NCBI GenBank assembly: GCA_963790205.1
Contig: CAWBNQ010000003.1
Location: 800,001-864,000 of the forward strand
DNA: 64,000 bases
Direction: 5' to 3'
Source of the DNA: Nitrospirota bacterium
GTDB taxonomy: Bacteria; Nitrospirota; UBA9217
Part shown: positions 10,945 to 20,860 of the stretch, one piece after another
How positions within the stretch are numbered: position 1 is the stretch's first letter
Layout: each line of letters begins with the position of its first letter
The notes under the pieces: model-generated
The model's input: the letters and a program-made list of their open reading frames with translations, nothing else
Database searches by the model: none
Told to the model about the DNA's origin: nothing
Program-made: the position numbers and the translations under genes

Positions 10945-12321
10945 CTATTCCGGTTCTGAAAGCTTCCCGAAGGCCTTGAGCACGACTTCCGAGAGCGCCG
11001 GGTGGATGTGCATGCCCTTGGCCACGGCCCAGAGGTTGCCGTCAGCCGCCATGACGTTCACCACTTCCTGGACAAGGACCGACGCCTGGGGACCGATGAT
11101 GTGATAGCCCAGGATCTTTCCGCTTTTTCGGTGCACCACGGCCTTGGTAAACCCCTCGATCTCCCTCATGGCCTCGCCGCGGGCCACATCGGTGTACATC
11201 GCCTTGCCCACGAGGACCTCCTGTTTTCCCATGAGCTTGACGGCCTCTTGTTCCGTCAGGCCGACGGACGCTATTTCGGGATAGGAAAATACGGCGTGCG
11301 GCACCGTGAGGTAGTTGAGCCGCGACTTCTTGCCGTGCACCGCGTTGTGCCACACGAGCTCGGCCTCATGATTGGCCGAGTGGCGGAACATCTTCTTGCC
11401 GATGGCGTCGCCGAAGGCCCAGATGTCCTTTTTTGCGGTCTCGAAGAACTCGTCCACGACGATATAGCCCCGTTCGTCTGTTTTTATACCGCTCTTTTCT
11501 ACTTTGAGAAGGTCCGCGTTCGATTTCCGCCCGCATGCCAGAAGGAGATACTGCGCAGAATGCTCGAGACGCTTTCCATCGCCGTCCCGGGTAATAACAA
11601 TGACGCCGTGGTCGCTGTTTCTGGCATCGACGACCTCGGTATTGGTATGGACTTCCATCCGGCGGCCGAGCGCTTTTCTCAGCGCTTCCGATACTTCGGG
11701 CTCCTCTTCGGGGACGAGCCGCCTGTTTCGCTGGAAGATCGTGACCCTGGTGCCCATGGCTTCGAAGAAATGGGCGAACTCGGCCGCAATGTATCCTCCG
11801 CCTATGATGATCATGCTCTCGGGCCGTTTCGTGAGCTGCAGGGCGCTCTCGTTCGTCAGGTAGGGGACGGTTTCGATGCCCCTGACCGAAGGGACGAAGG
11901 GACGCGCTCCGGAGACGAGGAATATGGTCCTGCCCCTGATCTCCTGGCCATTTACTTCGAGCGTATAGTCGCCGGTAAAGTGCGCTTCGCCGAAATAGAA
12001 ATCGAAGTCCTCGGCCTTCTCCAGGGCCTCCTTGATGCGGTCATGGGTTTTCTTGACGTGCTTGCGCATCGAGCCCATGATCGCGGCAAAGTCTATCTCC
12101 TTGATCTCGGCCGTAATGCCGAACTTTCCCGCTTCCCTGATCTCAACGATTCTATCCGCCGGATAGACAATGAGCTTGGTGGGAATTCAACCGACGTTCA
12201 GGCAGGTGCCTCCGAGCGGCCCTTTGTCCACGAGGGCCACGGTCTTGTTATGGGCGAGGGTGTCCTCGACCAGGTTCGCCCCGGCGCCGGAGCCGACGAT
12301 GACCACATCGTATTCTTTCAT
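10945..12321 (-). CDS. class I pyridine nucleotide-disulfide oxidoreductase (dihydrolipoyl dehydrogenase/mycothione reductase-like), predicted selenoprotein C40xxxxU45
   Basis: GSGAG FAD motif; GGTCLNVG-TGA-IPTK is in frame with ORF 10945..12078 (GGGYIA, HIHPALSE); hairpin follows the TGA. Confidence 0.9.
12142..12174 (-). promoter_or_regulatory. bacterial SECIS-like hairpin
   Basis: UCUAUCC-GGC-GGAUAGA stem-loop with the loop starting 26 nt after the UGA at 12189..12187; lower CUCA/UGAG pairing. Confidence 0.75.
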
Positions 12322-12407
12322 GAGACCGCCTTTCAGAGGTGAGCGAACTTTTTCAATTCTATCATGTTTGCGGCAAGAGTCAATGCGGGGCCGGGAGGAC
12401 GGCGCTC

Positions 12408-13361
12408 TCACAAAAATTGCAACGTGATCACCCAGCCCCTGAGGTCCTTGTCGAACAACGGTGATATTGATATGTTCTGCAGGCCGTTGCCGGCGTCTTT
12501 TTCCTTGTGATACTTGGCGACGCCCATCCCGGCGAGGGTGCCCACGGTAATGCCGGCGATCACATCGGAGAGGAAATGCTCGTTGGCCTGGATCCTCGAC
12601 GCCCCGATAAAAGCCGTGGTCAGATAGAGCGGGACCGCGATCCTGAGGTCCCAGTCGTACATCTCTGAAATGGAAGCGGCCATCGTGGCGGTTATCGAGG
12701 CATGGCCGGAAGGGAAGGAATTGAGGTTTCCTCCGTTCGGGCGTTTCCTCCGCGCCGTCAACTTCAGGCCCTCCGTGGCGAGCCCGTCGATAACATAAGC
12801 TTCCAGCGAAACAACGCCGGTGTCGGCCAGTTTTTTATTGTTTATCAGTTCTCCCGCGCCCAGGAGCGCAAAACCCACGCCGACTTCCGGATAGCCGTTG
12901 CCGATCTTGTCCCCGGTATTCTCGACGTGCTCCAGGGGTTTTCTGTCCTGGAAGTATTTCTTGACCCTCTGGTCCACCGTGAGAGCCAGCCCGGTCAGCC
13001 CCGCTCCGATCAGCGCGAGCGGAACATTATCCTTGGAAAATATTCTTTCCGCTCCGCCCACGACATCGGGGACGAACTCTTTGACGTAGGCGCCGAAAGA
13101 CGGGACCGTCGCCCTTCCGGCGTCAGGCTGTTCGGTCGATGCAGTCTGCTCCCGTTCCGCTGTTTTGAACGGGTCAGCAAGGGTATACGCAACGGTCAAG
13201 ACAGGAGCGCTGGATCGTTCATCCCGGTCCATGGACGGCCGGCCGACGGGTGCATCGAGTCCGGGATCGCCGGTAAATCCATACACGGTCCCGGACGAGA
13301 GGATCACCAGACCAGTAAGAAGTACGACCAGGAAGCGGTATGATTGACGGGTAGTCTGCAT
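12408..13361 (-). CDS. PAP2 family phosphatase
   Basis: K...RKRPNG, SFPSGHAS, SRIQANEHFLSDV motifs. Confidence 0.9.
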   Translation of the reverse strand: MQTTRQSYRFLVVLLTGLVILSSGTVYGFTGDPGLDAPVGRPSMDRDERSSAPVLTVAYTLADPFKTAEREQTASTEQPDAGRATVPSFGAYVKEFVPDVVGGAERIFSKDNVPLALIGAGLTGLALTVDQRVKKYFQDRKPLEHVENTGDKIGNGYPEVGVGFALLGAGELINNKKLADTGVVSLEAYVIDGLATEGLKLTARRKRPNGGNLNSFPSGHASITATMAASISEMYDWDLRIAVPLYLTTAFIGASRIQANEHFLSDVIAGITVGTLAGMGVAKYHKEKDAGNGLQNISISPLFDKDLRGWVITLQFL

Positions 13362-13567
13362 ACGACAGGCTCTAACGCGCGGTGACGGGTCACCGGCATC
13401 GGATCGCTTCGATCGAGGATGCTCTTGTGGTAAAAGTATATCATATTCTTCGAGATGCAGGATAATTTGCGGATTGACAGGGAACGGGGAAAAAGCTATA
13501 AACATCGAAAGAGGCACATCACCGGACGCGGATCTTTCTGAAAAAATCGGGTTCCCGTCCGCCGGCA

Positions 13568-14767
13568 TTGAGGATTCTTTTGCACGACCACATCGTTAAA
13601 TACACGAACAAACTGCTTCGCGACCGGACCGCCGTGCCGGAGAGCATCCGGTTCTACGTGCTCGACGACCGGGTGGTCACGAACCGCGAGGATGAATGGC
13701 TGCCGGTTTTCGCTGCAGTTTTTAAAGGCCTGGACGTCACGGCCCTGCTCTTTGCGAAGACCACGCTTCCCTTTGCCGACCTGCTGGTGGAGCGTGCTGA
13801 TCCCGGGTCGGACCGGCTCGTTCCGAAGGACAGCGAAACGAGGGTCTTCCTCCATGACATCCCGTTCATACGGGAGTCTGAGCGGTCTGGAAAACCGAAA
13901 ACAGCGCTTGCCGAAATGATCATCCGGTGTTTGAAAGAGCGGAAGGCGGTCATCATCCAGGGGCTCGGCGTGGTCGCTTCGGGCGGAGTGACGGTCGAAC
14001 AAGCGTTCATCGGTTTTTCCTCCATCTTTCATACTACCTTCGTAAAATATCTCCTGGACCTTCTGACAGAGGGCTTCAGGTTCCCGCGGGAGCGGAACGT
14101 CGTCGAGGCGTATCAACGATCGAACCCCGGGCCGCGGGACCTGGGCGACCTCGTGTTTACCCCGGGCCCGATAGCGGACCGGCAGACGATCATGAGGGAA
14201 ATCTGCCGCGTCGGACGTTATACCGTCGAGAAGGGGTACGTGGATTCGTTTTTCGGCAACATCAGCTATTTCGACGGGAAAACGATCTTCATCAGCCAGA
14301 CCACGTCGTCGCTGGACGAGCTTGAGGGCTTCATCGACCCCGTGCCGCTCGACGGGTCGTCGACTGCGGGCCTATCGGCGTCGTCCGAGCTGCCCGCGCA
14401 CCGCGGGATCTATGTTTCCTCGGATTATCATGCCGTTTTACACGGTCATCCGAGATTCAGCGTCATCATGTCCATGCACTGCGAAGAAGAGAACTGCGGG
14501 ATAGAGGACTGCAACCGTTTCTGCGACCGTGACCGCTCGGCTTGCGGCGTGCCGATCGTTGCCGGCGAGACCGGCGCGGGCGGACTCGCAAGATCCGTCC
14601 CCCGTGCGATCAGGGATACGGGCGTTTGCATCGTCTACGGGCACGGCATATTCGCGGCCGGGAAGACCGATTTTCACGATGCCTTCATGAAGATGGCGGA
14701 CGTGGAAAACCGCTGCAGGGAAGAGTATTTCAGACTGCTTGAAGAACGTCCAGAGTCCGACGTTTGA
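13568..14767 (+). CDS. class II aldolase/adducin family protein (two-domain)
   Basis: GNIS, SSELPAH, LHGHP, GHG motifs in the C-terminal half. Confidence 0.8.
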   Translation: MRILLHDHIVKYTNKLLRDRTAVPESIRFYVLDDRVVTNREDEWLPVFAAVFKGLDVTALLFAKTTLPFADLLVERADPGSDRLVPKDSETRVFLHDIPFIRESERSGKPKTALAEMIIRCLKERKAVIIQGLGVVASGGVTVEQAFIGFSSIFHTTFVKYLLDLLTEGFRFPRERNVVEAYQRSNPGPRDLGDLVFTPGPIADRQTIMREICRVGRYTVEKGYVDSFFGNISYFDGKTIFISQTTSSLDELEGFIDPVPLDGSSTAGLSASSELPAHRGIYVSSDYHAVLHGHPRFSVIMSMHCEEENCGIEDCNRFCDRDRSACGVPIVAGETGAGGLARSVPRAIRDTGVCIVYGHGIFAAGKTDFHDAFMKMADVENRCREEYFRLLEERPESDV

Positions 14768-14848
14768 AGTTCAAAGTGACAGGCGGGTTACCGTCGTTGT
14801 GTTTTCTGCGTTTCACTCCAAACTCCGGACTCTGAACTGTTTTTTTAT

Positions 14849-15073
14849 TCATGCCACGCTTCTCAATTTCTCGCGGGCGATCCCGAAGTCAAAGGTGTAC
14901 ATTTTGAAGTCCCCCTCAGGGAAGGCCTTTTTGAGGCGCTCGATGAACTCCTGATACACGACGTTCTCATACTGCTGGATGTCGTATTCCCTCGTTTTTT
15001 CATTCGCTCCCTGGAGTTCCATGTCCAGGTAGAAATCCATTTCCGGCGATATCCGAAGCCACATACAGATCAC
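14849..15073 (-). CDS. small hypothetical protein
   Basis: 74-aa ORF with aaggagg RBS and GC-rich codon usage. Confidence 0.6.
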   Translation of the reverse strand: MICMWLRISPEMDFYLDMELQGANEKTREYDIQQYENVVYQEFIERLKKAFPEGDFKMYTFDFGIAREKLRSVA

Positions 15074-15189
15074 CTCCTTCGAACAGAATGCCGACAGGTC
15101 AAAAAAAGCGCGATGCCTCCTTCGCTCTTAGTTCTATTATACCTCACGTCCGCCTGTTCCTGGCTGCGACGTTCGCGAACCGCCATGCA

Positions 15190-16644
15190 TTACGGCTTGA
15201 TCGTGATATAAATAGTTCCCCCTTCGCGGTAAACGAGCAGCAGCGCACTGTCTTTCTCGCCGATCTTCGAGACCAGTCGGTCATAATCGCTGAGATTCTT
15301 GATGTCATGCCGGTTCACTTCGATGATCACGTCGCCGGGCTGGAGAATCCCCTGAGCCGGGCTGTCTGCGCCGATATCGGTGATGACCACTCCGTTCATG
15401 TTTTCCGGGACGCCGATCTGGTCCCGCAGCGAGGCCGTCAGTTCCTGCACCGTAATCCCTTTGAGCACGTTGTTGTACTCGACCTTTTTGATTGCCTGTC
15501 GCTCCTTGAATTCTGCCAGGGTCGCGGTGACGGACCGCTCTTTGCCTTCCCTGAGGATCTTCAGTTCCACCGCTTTCCCCGGCGCCGCGGCGGACACCAT
15601 GTTCCTGAGGCCTGTCGAGTCCTCGACCGGTTTCCCGTCCAGCGATATGATGACGTCGCCCCGCTTCAAACCGGCCTTTTCCGCGGGACTGTCTTTTACC
15701 ACGTCCGCTACGAGGGCGCCCGTTTGCTGCTTGATGCCGAGCGACTTGGCGATATCGGGCGTCAGGTCCTGTATGCTCACGCCGAGCCAGCCGCGGATGA
15801 CCTTGCCGTGCTTGATGATGCTGTCCATTACGGATTTCGCCATGTCCGAGGGAATGGCGAACCCGATCCCCATATAGCCGCCGGACGTCGAAAAGATCGC
15901 TGTGTTGATGCCGACCACCTCGCCGTTCGTGTTCACGAGCGCGCCGCCGGAGTTCCCGGGGTTGATCGCCGCGTCGGTCTGGATGAAATCCTCAAAGTCC
16001 GCGATGCCCACGTTCGACCTGCCGACAGCGCTCACGATCCCCAGGGTGACGGTTGAGTTCAGTCCGAAGGGCGTGCCTACGGCAAGCACGATATCTCCCG
16101 TTTTCAGTTTGGAGGAATCCCCCAGTTTTGCGGCCGGCAGGTCCCTGGCATTTATCTTGATCACCGCAAGGTCGGTCCGGGGATCGGTCCCCACGATCTT
16201 GCCCTTGAACTCGCGCTTGTCTGAAAGGACCACTTTGATTTCTTCGGCGCCTTTGACCACATGGTTGTTCGTCAGGATGTAACCGTTTTCGGAAACGATC
16301 ACTCCGGAGCCGAGCGCCGCGGATTTGTATTTCCGTTTTTGATGACCGAACTGGTCGCCGAAAAAGTGCCGGAAGAAGGGATCATTGAACAGGTTGCCTT
16401 CGGGATTATCCTCTGTCGTAACAATGCTCGTTGTCGAGACGTTCACGACGGAAGGCCGGACGACTTCGGCCACTTCGGCTAAGGCATCGCTGAACCTCCC
16501 GAGGAACTTTATCGTATCGGGCGATACGCTCTTCTCTCTGGCAAAGGCCGCCGTATCAAACGCGGTGGTTCCTGAACCGATGATGACCATAGTGATAAGC
16601 AATTGAAACAACGTCGATGTTCTCTTCGTGATGGATCTTTTCAT
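15190..16644 (-). CDS. DegP/DegQ (HtrA) serine protease with two PDZ domains
   Basis: LGSGVIV, LTNNHVV, QTDAAINPGNSGG motifs; signal peptide. Confidence 0.96.
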   Translation of the reverse strand: MKRSITKRTSTLFQLLITMVIIGSGTTAFDTAAFAREKSVSPDTIKFLGRFSDALAEVAEVVRPSVVNVSTTSIVTTEDNPEGNLFNDPFFRHFFGDQFGHQKRKYKSAALGSGVIVSENGYILTNNHVVKGAEEIKVVLSDKREFKGKIVGTDPRTDLAVIKINARDLPAAKLGDSSKLKTGDIVLAVGTPFGLNSTVTLGIVSAVGRSNVGIADFEDFIQTDAAINPGNSGGALVNTNGEVVGINTAIFSTSGGYMGIGFAIPSDMAKSVMDSIIKHGKVIRGWLGVSIQDLTPDIAKSLGIKQQTGALVADVVKDSPAEKAGLKRGDVIISLDGKPVEDSTGLRNMVSAAAPGKAVELKILREGKERSVTATLAEFKERQAIKKVEYNNVLKGITVQELTASLRDQIGVPENMNGVVITDIGADSPAQGILQPGDVIIEVNRHDIKNLSDYDRLVSKIGEKDSALLLVYREGGTIYITIKP

Positions 16645-16794
16645 GTACGTCTCCTTATTATAAAAAATGAGATATGCGTCATTGCCGGTACTAACAAAGT
16701 AGTAGTAAAATATAACGCTGCGGAAAAGACGCCGTTCAGCTTCATTGACAATTTACAATTCATAGTATAGCAGCGATTTGAAATCCGGAGACGA

Positions 16795-19700
16795 TTAAAC
16801 AGGGGAACACCTCGCTAAGGTCATGCTGTCGAGAAACAGAAGGTAGCCTTCCACATTCTGCAGGGCAAAGATATCTTTTACGGCTTCGCAATAGATCTCG
16901 ATCTGAGGCCGGTAGTGGTCCTGCCACGATTTGAGGGCGTCATCGTTTTCTATGAGAATGGCCTTATAGTCTATCACCTATCCTCTGTTTCCTGTGATCA
17001 CAACGCGGTCGATTTTTCCGCTCACGAGCGCGTGTCCCTTCCTGGAGAGGAAGGGAAGCTCCGAGTATGCATCAGGCCGGCGCTCGAATATCCATCGGAA
17101 CTCCTCTTTGTTCAGTACGGCGTTCAGGACCGAGGCCGCATCATCGACGAAGGGCTGGCGTGCCTCGTCTCCCAGCGCCAGGATGTCCGGATATTCCATG
17201 ATGATGCTGTTGAGATCATATGCACCGGCCTTGGTGAACTCTTCGAGACAGCGGTGAAGCACGCTTCCGCGCGTGAGCGGCGATACGGCGCGGGTCCCGG
17301 ACCGGAGAAAGAGCTTTTCGATCGATTCTTCTTTCTCCTGGTGGATATAATCGGTCGCTGTTTTCCATGCCGGCGTCTCCGACCGCGGGACCGGAGAAAG
17401 GTTGTCGATGACGATCTTCCTGTCACTATCGGCTGCAGCGGATATTATTTGCCGGTCATTCCGGGCAACGCGAAGGACCTCGCTTGTGGCCCGTATGGAT
17501 ACGCCTGGTGGATAAGCGTAGGTGGTTAGTCCGGCTTCCGCTTCCAGCGGCTTTTCAAAAAGGGGCATCAAGGCGGCTTCGTGAAGATAGCTGAGCCAGG
17601 TATTTTGTTTTATCGGCGTTCTGCCGTCATTGAGCGCGCCGATCATGAACAGATGGTCCCGGGCCCGTGTCATCGCGACATAGAGCAGCCGCTGGTGCTC
17701 GCGCAAAAGCTCGTCGTGCTCCCGCGCCCACAGCTCGTCATAGACCGGGCTTCCCGCGTCCTTGACCGCCATTTGGACGCGGTCGTTCACATCCTCGATG
17801 ATGGCAAGCGGACCGGATGAGAGGGACCTGGGCTGCTGGTTCATGCCGGGCAGGAACACGATGGGATATTCGAGGCCTTTTGCCTTGTGCACGGTCATGA
17901 TGCTGACCGAGCCCTCGAACCCCGGCAGGTTCATGTCCGCCGTGGCCTCCCGCTGCTCCGTCTGACTGATGTTCCTCACCCACTCGACAAAGTCCTGGAG
18001 CGTGGTGTAGCCCCTGCGATCGAACTCGCGCGCCGTGTCGAGGAGTTTGTCGATGTTGAAAATGGCCTGCGGATTTTTCCTGCCGAAGCGGACATAGGCG
18101 CCGGTCTCGTTGACGATCCTGTGCAAAAGATCCGCCAGCGGGACGAGGCCGGCAAGGTCCATCCAATCGCGCAAAAGTTTCCAGTCCTCGGGTCTGCGCT
18201 GCTTCAGGGAATCAACGATATTCGCGCCGCCCTGCAGAAGATCGAAGATGTCTCTGTCCGTAAGCCCGAAGAGCGGGGACTTGAGCGCTGCGGCAAGAGC
18301 GAGCTTGTCGTCCCGGTTCCAGAGGAAGAAGAGCACGTTCATGAGGGCCTGCACCTCGTCCTCCTCGTAAAAGCCGATGCCGCCGATCACGCGATAGGGA
18401 ATGTTCTCCGCCTGGAGCGCGGCTTCGTACTCTTTGAGCTTCGTGCGCGACTGAATGAGGATTGCGCAGTCGCCGTATCCGGCTTCGCGTTCTTTCCATC
18501 CTCCATTGTTCGTTCCGGCATTCCCAGCGCGGGAATCCGGCGGCTTTTCATAAACAGCAGCTCCGCTTGCTATCAGAGTTTTTATCTCCCGCGCCAGCAC
18601 CTCTGCTTCTGTGGGGCCTGAAGGCCCTTCCCCTGACGACGGCGTGAGTTCGATGAGCCGCACGCTTCCTTTGTGATCCTTGCGTTCAACATTGGAAGGT
18701 TTATATGCTTCTCCCCAGAGTGTGGCGAAGACACGGTTCACGGTCTCGATGATCTCGGGCGTTGAACGGAAGTTCTTGTCAAGAGTAAGGATCTCGCGCG
18801 ATTCGGCCGGGAGGTTCTTCACCATCTTCTGTTTGACGTTCTCGATCAGGCGATAGTTCGCCTCGCGAAAGCGGTAGATGGATTGTTTCTCGTCGCCGAC
18901 GACAAAGAGGGTAGGGGCCATGCGCTTGTCAGCTCCCTGGCCGGCGAAGATCTCCTCGGTCAGCTTGTTCAGGATGGCCCACTGGATGTCGCTCGTGTCC
19001 TGGAACTCGTCAACGAGGAAGTGGAGGATCTTGCGGTCGAGCCAGTAGAGGATGTCCGGCGATTCCATTCCCTGGAGCAGGCGGTAGGCGTAGATCTCGA
19101 GGTCGTCGAAGTCGAGGAGTCCTTCCCGGAGCTTCGAGTTTTGATATTTCTTTTCGGCGCGCTGGAACAAACGAAGCAGGCTCAGGGCCTCTTGTCCCGC
19201 GCGCATGCGGGCGTGGAGAGCACGGAACTGGCCGAGCCTCTCCTGGATATCGAAAAAAGTTCTTTCGTAGTCGATGCGGTCTTTTCCAGTAAAGGCTTTT
19301 TTGGTGATGGAGGGGTTCTTGCGGGGATTTCCTTCGTTCGTAAAATAGATCGAGACCAGAGGCTCCGATGCTCTGAAGGCAGGATCTACGTCCTTTGCTT
19401 CTGAAAGCATCAGGTGCTCCTTGCCCATGCTGTCTTTATAATGATCGCCTTCGGAGCGAAGGATACGTTCCATCCGTTGCAGCAATGCCCGCCAATCAAC
19501 GCTCGTGACGAACGCCTTGAGTTCCGATTCAGCATGATCAACACCCATCCCCGTCCGAACGGCACGGAGCAACCCCTCCGGACCGCCGGTGTCGATCTCC
19601 ATGCGCTTGAGCCTGCTTCTGATGGAGAGCAGAAATCCGATCGTCTCAATGAGGGCATCAGTCGTGAAATCCCTGAGCGGAGACATGAGCTCCCGGTCGC

Positions 19701-20097
19701 GGTCGGATTCTTCAAGCGCGTCTTCGATGGCCTTTTGTATCTTATACACCTGGTCTCTGGCATCGAGCACGCCGAAGTCCGGCGGAAGCCCGGCTTCGAG
19801 CGGGTAGCGCTTCAAGAGGTTCATGCAGAAGGAGTGGATCGTCGAGATGCGGAGGTCCTGCCTGCCGCGGATGATCTTCTTGAGCATGTCCTCGGGCAGG
19901 TCGCGCATCACGCGCTCTTTGATCTCCGCCGCGGCCTTGTCCGTGAAGGTGATGGCCACGGCCTGGTCGATGGTGAGCCCGCGATCGTCGAGCACGTCCA
20001 GAAGCGCCAGGTAGCGCTCCTTGAGCGCGCGCGTTTTGCCGGAGCCGGCGGAGGCCGAGAGGTGGATGGATTTGGATGTATTTGAGGCGTTATCCAT
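16795..20097 (-). CDS. addA: AddA-type UvrD helicase-nuclease (in-frame TAG at 16980..16978)
   Basis: ASAGSGKT, DEFQDT, VGDEKQSIYRFR, TVHKAKGLEY, LYVAMTRA; C-terminal IDR...(TAG)VIDYK nuclease motif continues in frame. Confidence 0.9.
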
Positions 20098-20132
20098 AGC
20101 TTTTACCGTCGATCAAACAGTATCAAAAATAC

Positions 20133-20166
20133 CTTGACGAATTGTAATGCAATGCATTGCAATTAC
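20133..20166 (+). promoter_or_regulatory. promoter/operator of the toxin-antitoxin pair
   Basis: ttgacg -35-like hexamer followed by near-perfect palindrome tgtaatgcaatgcattgcaattaca. Confidence 0.55.
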
Positions 20167-20195
20167 ATGCATGAACGTCCATTGAGGAGGCATCT

Positions 20196-20579
20196 ATGCA
20201 ATCGCAACTGACCGTGAGACTGCCGGAAGACCTTGACCGCGAGGTCTCCAGCGCAGCCAAAAGGCTTCGCCTCAAGCGCTCCGACATCGTGCGGCCGGCG
20301 CTGGAACAGTATCTGCGCGAGCCCCATGTTCAGGAGGAGCAGGCCCCCTACGGCAAAGTGAAACATCTCGTCGGCTCGGTCAAGAGCGGTATTCCCGATC
20401 CGGGCGCTTCTCACCGGGAGCACCTCGTGAAGCGGATCAGACGCAATGGATGGCATCCTGCTCGACACCGGGGCCTTTGTCGCGCTCCTGGACCGAAGCG
20501 AGAAGAACCATGCAAGGTGCGTAGCATTCTTCAGCTCCTTCCCTGGCAGAGTATTCACCACCGAACCCGTGCTTACTGA
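20196..20579 (+). CDS. CopG/RHH antitoxin (expected stop near 20450 apparently lost)
   Basis: QLTVRLPEDL...RSDIVR RHH motif; upstream of and overlapping a PIN gene. Confidence 0.8.
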   Translation: MQSQLTVRLPEDLDREVSSAAKRLRLKRSDIVRPALEQYLREPHVQEEQAPYGKVKHLVGSVKSGIPDPGASHREHLVKRIRRNGWHPARHRGLCRAPGPKREEPCKVRSILQLLPWQSIHHRTRAY

Positions 20580-20859
20580 AGCCCTCTGTCTTCTCGGTCC
20601 GTCAATCAAGGCGCAACGCGCCTGTCTGGAGTTCATCCTCAAGGGCGGGGCCACTCTTGTGCCGCAATCAACAGCAAGCCTTGAACGCGCCGCTTCGCTC
20701 ATGACGAAGTATCATGACATCCCCATGGATTTCGCCGACGCGACGCTTGTCGCTCTCGCCGAAGAAACGGGTATCAATGAAGTTTTCACCCTCGACAAAC
20801 GGGGATTTCAATCTTACCGCATCCAAGGAAAGAAACCCTTTACATTACGGCCCCTATAA
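20446..20859 (+). CDS. PIN-domain (VapC-like) toxin
   Basis: ILLDTGAFVAL, TTEPVLTE, MDFADA, FTLD..F motifs. Confidence 0.9.
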   Translation: MDGILLDTGAFVALLDRSEKNHARCVAFFSSFPGRVFTTEPVLTEALCLLGPSIKAQRACLEFILKGGATLVPQSTASLERAASLMTKYHDIPMDFADATLVALAEETGINEVFTLDKRGFQSYRIQGKKPFTLRPL

Positions 20860-20860
20860 A

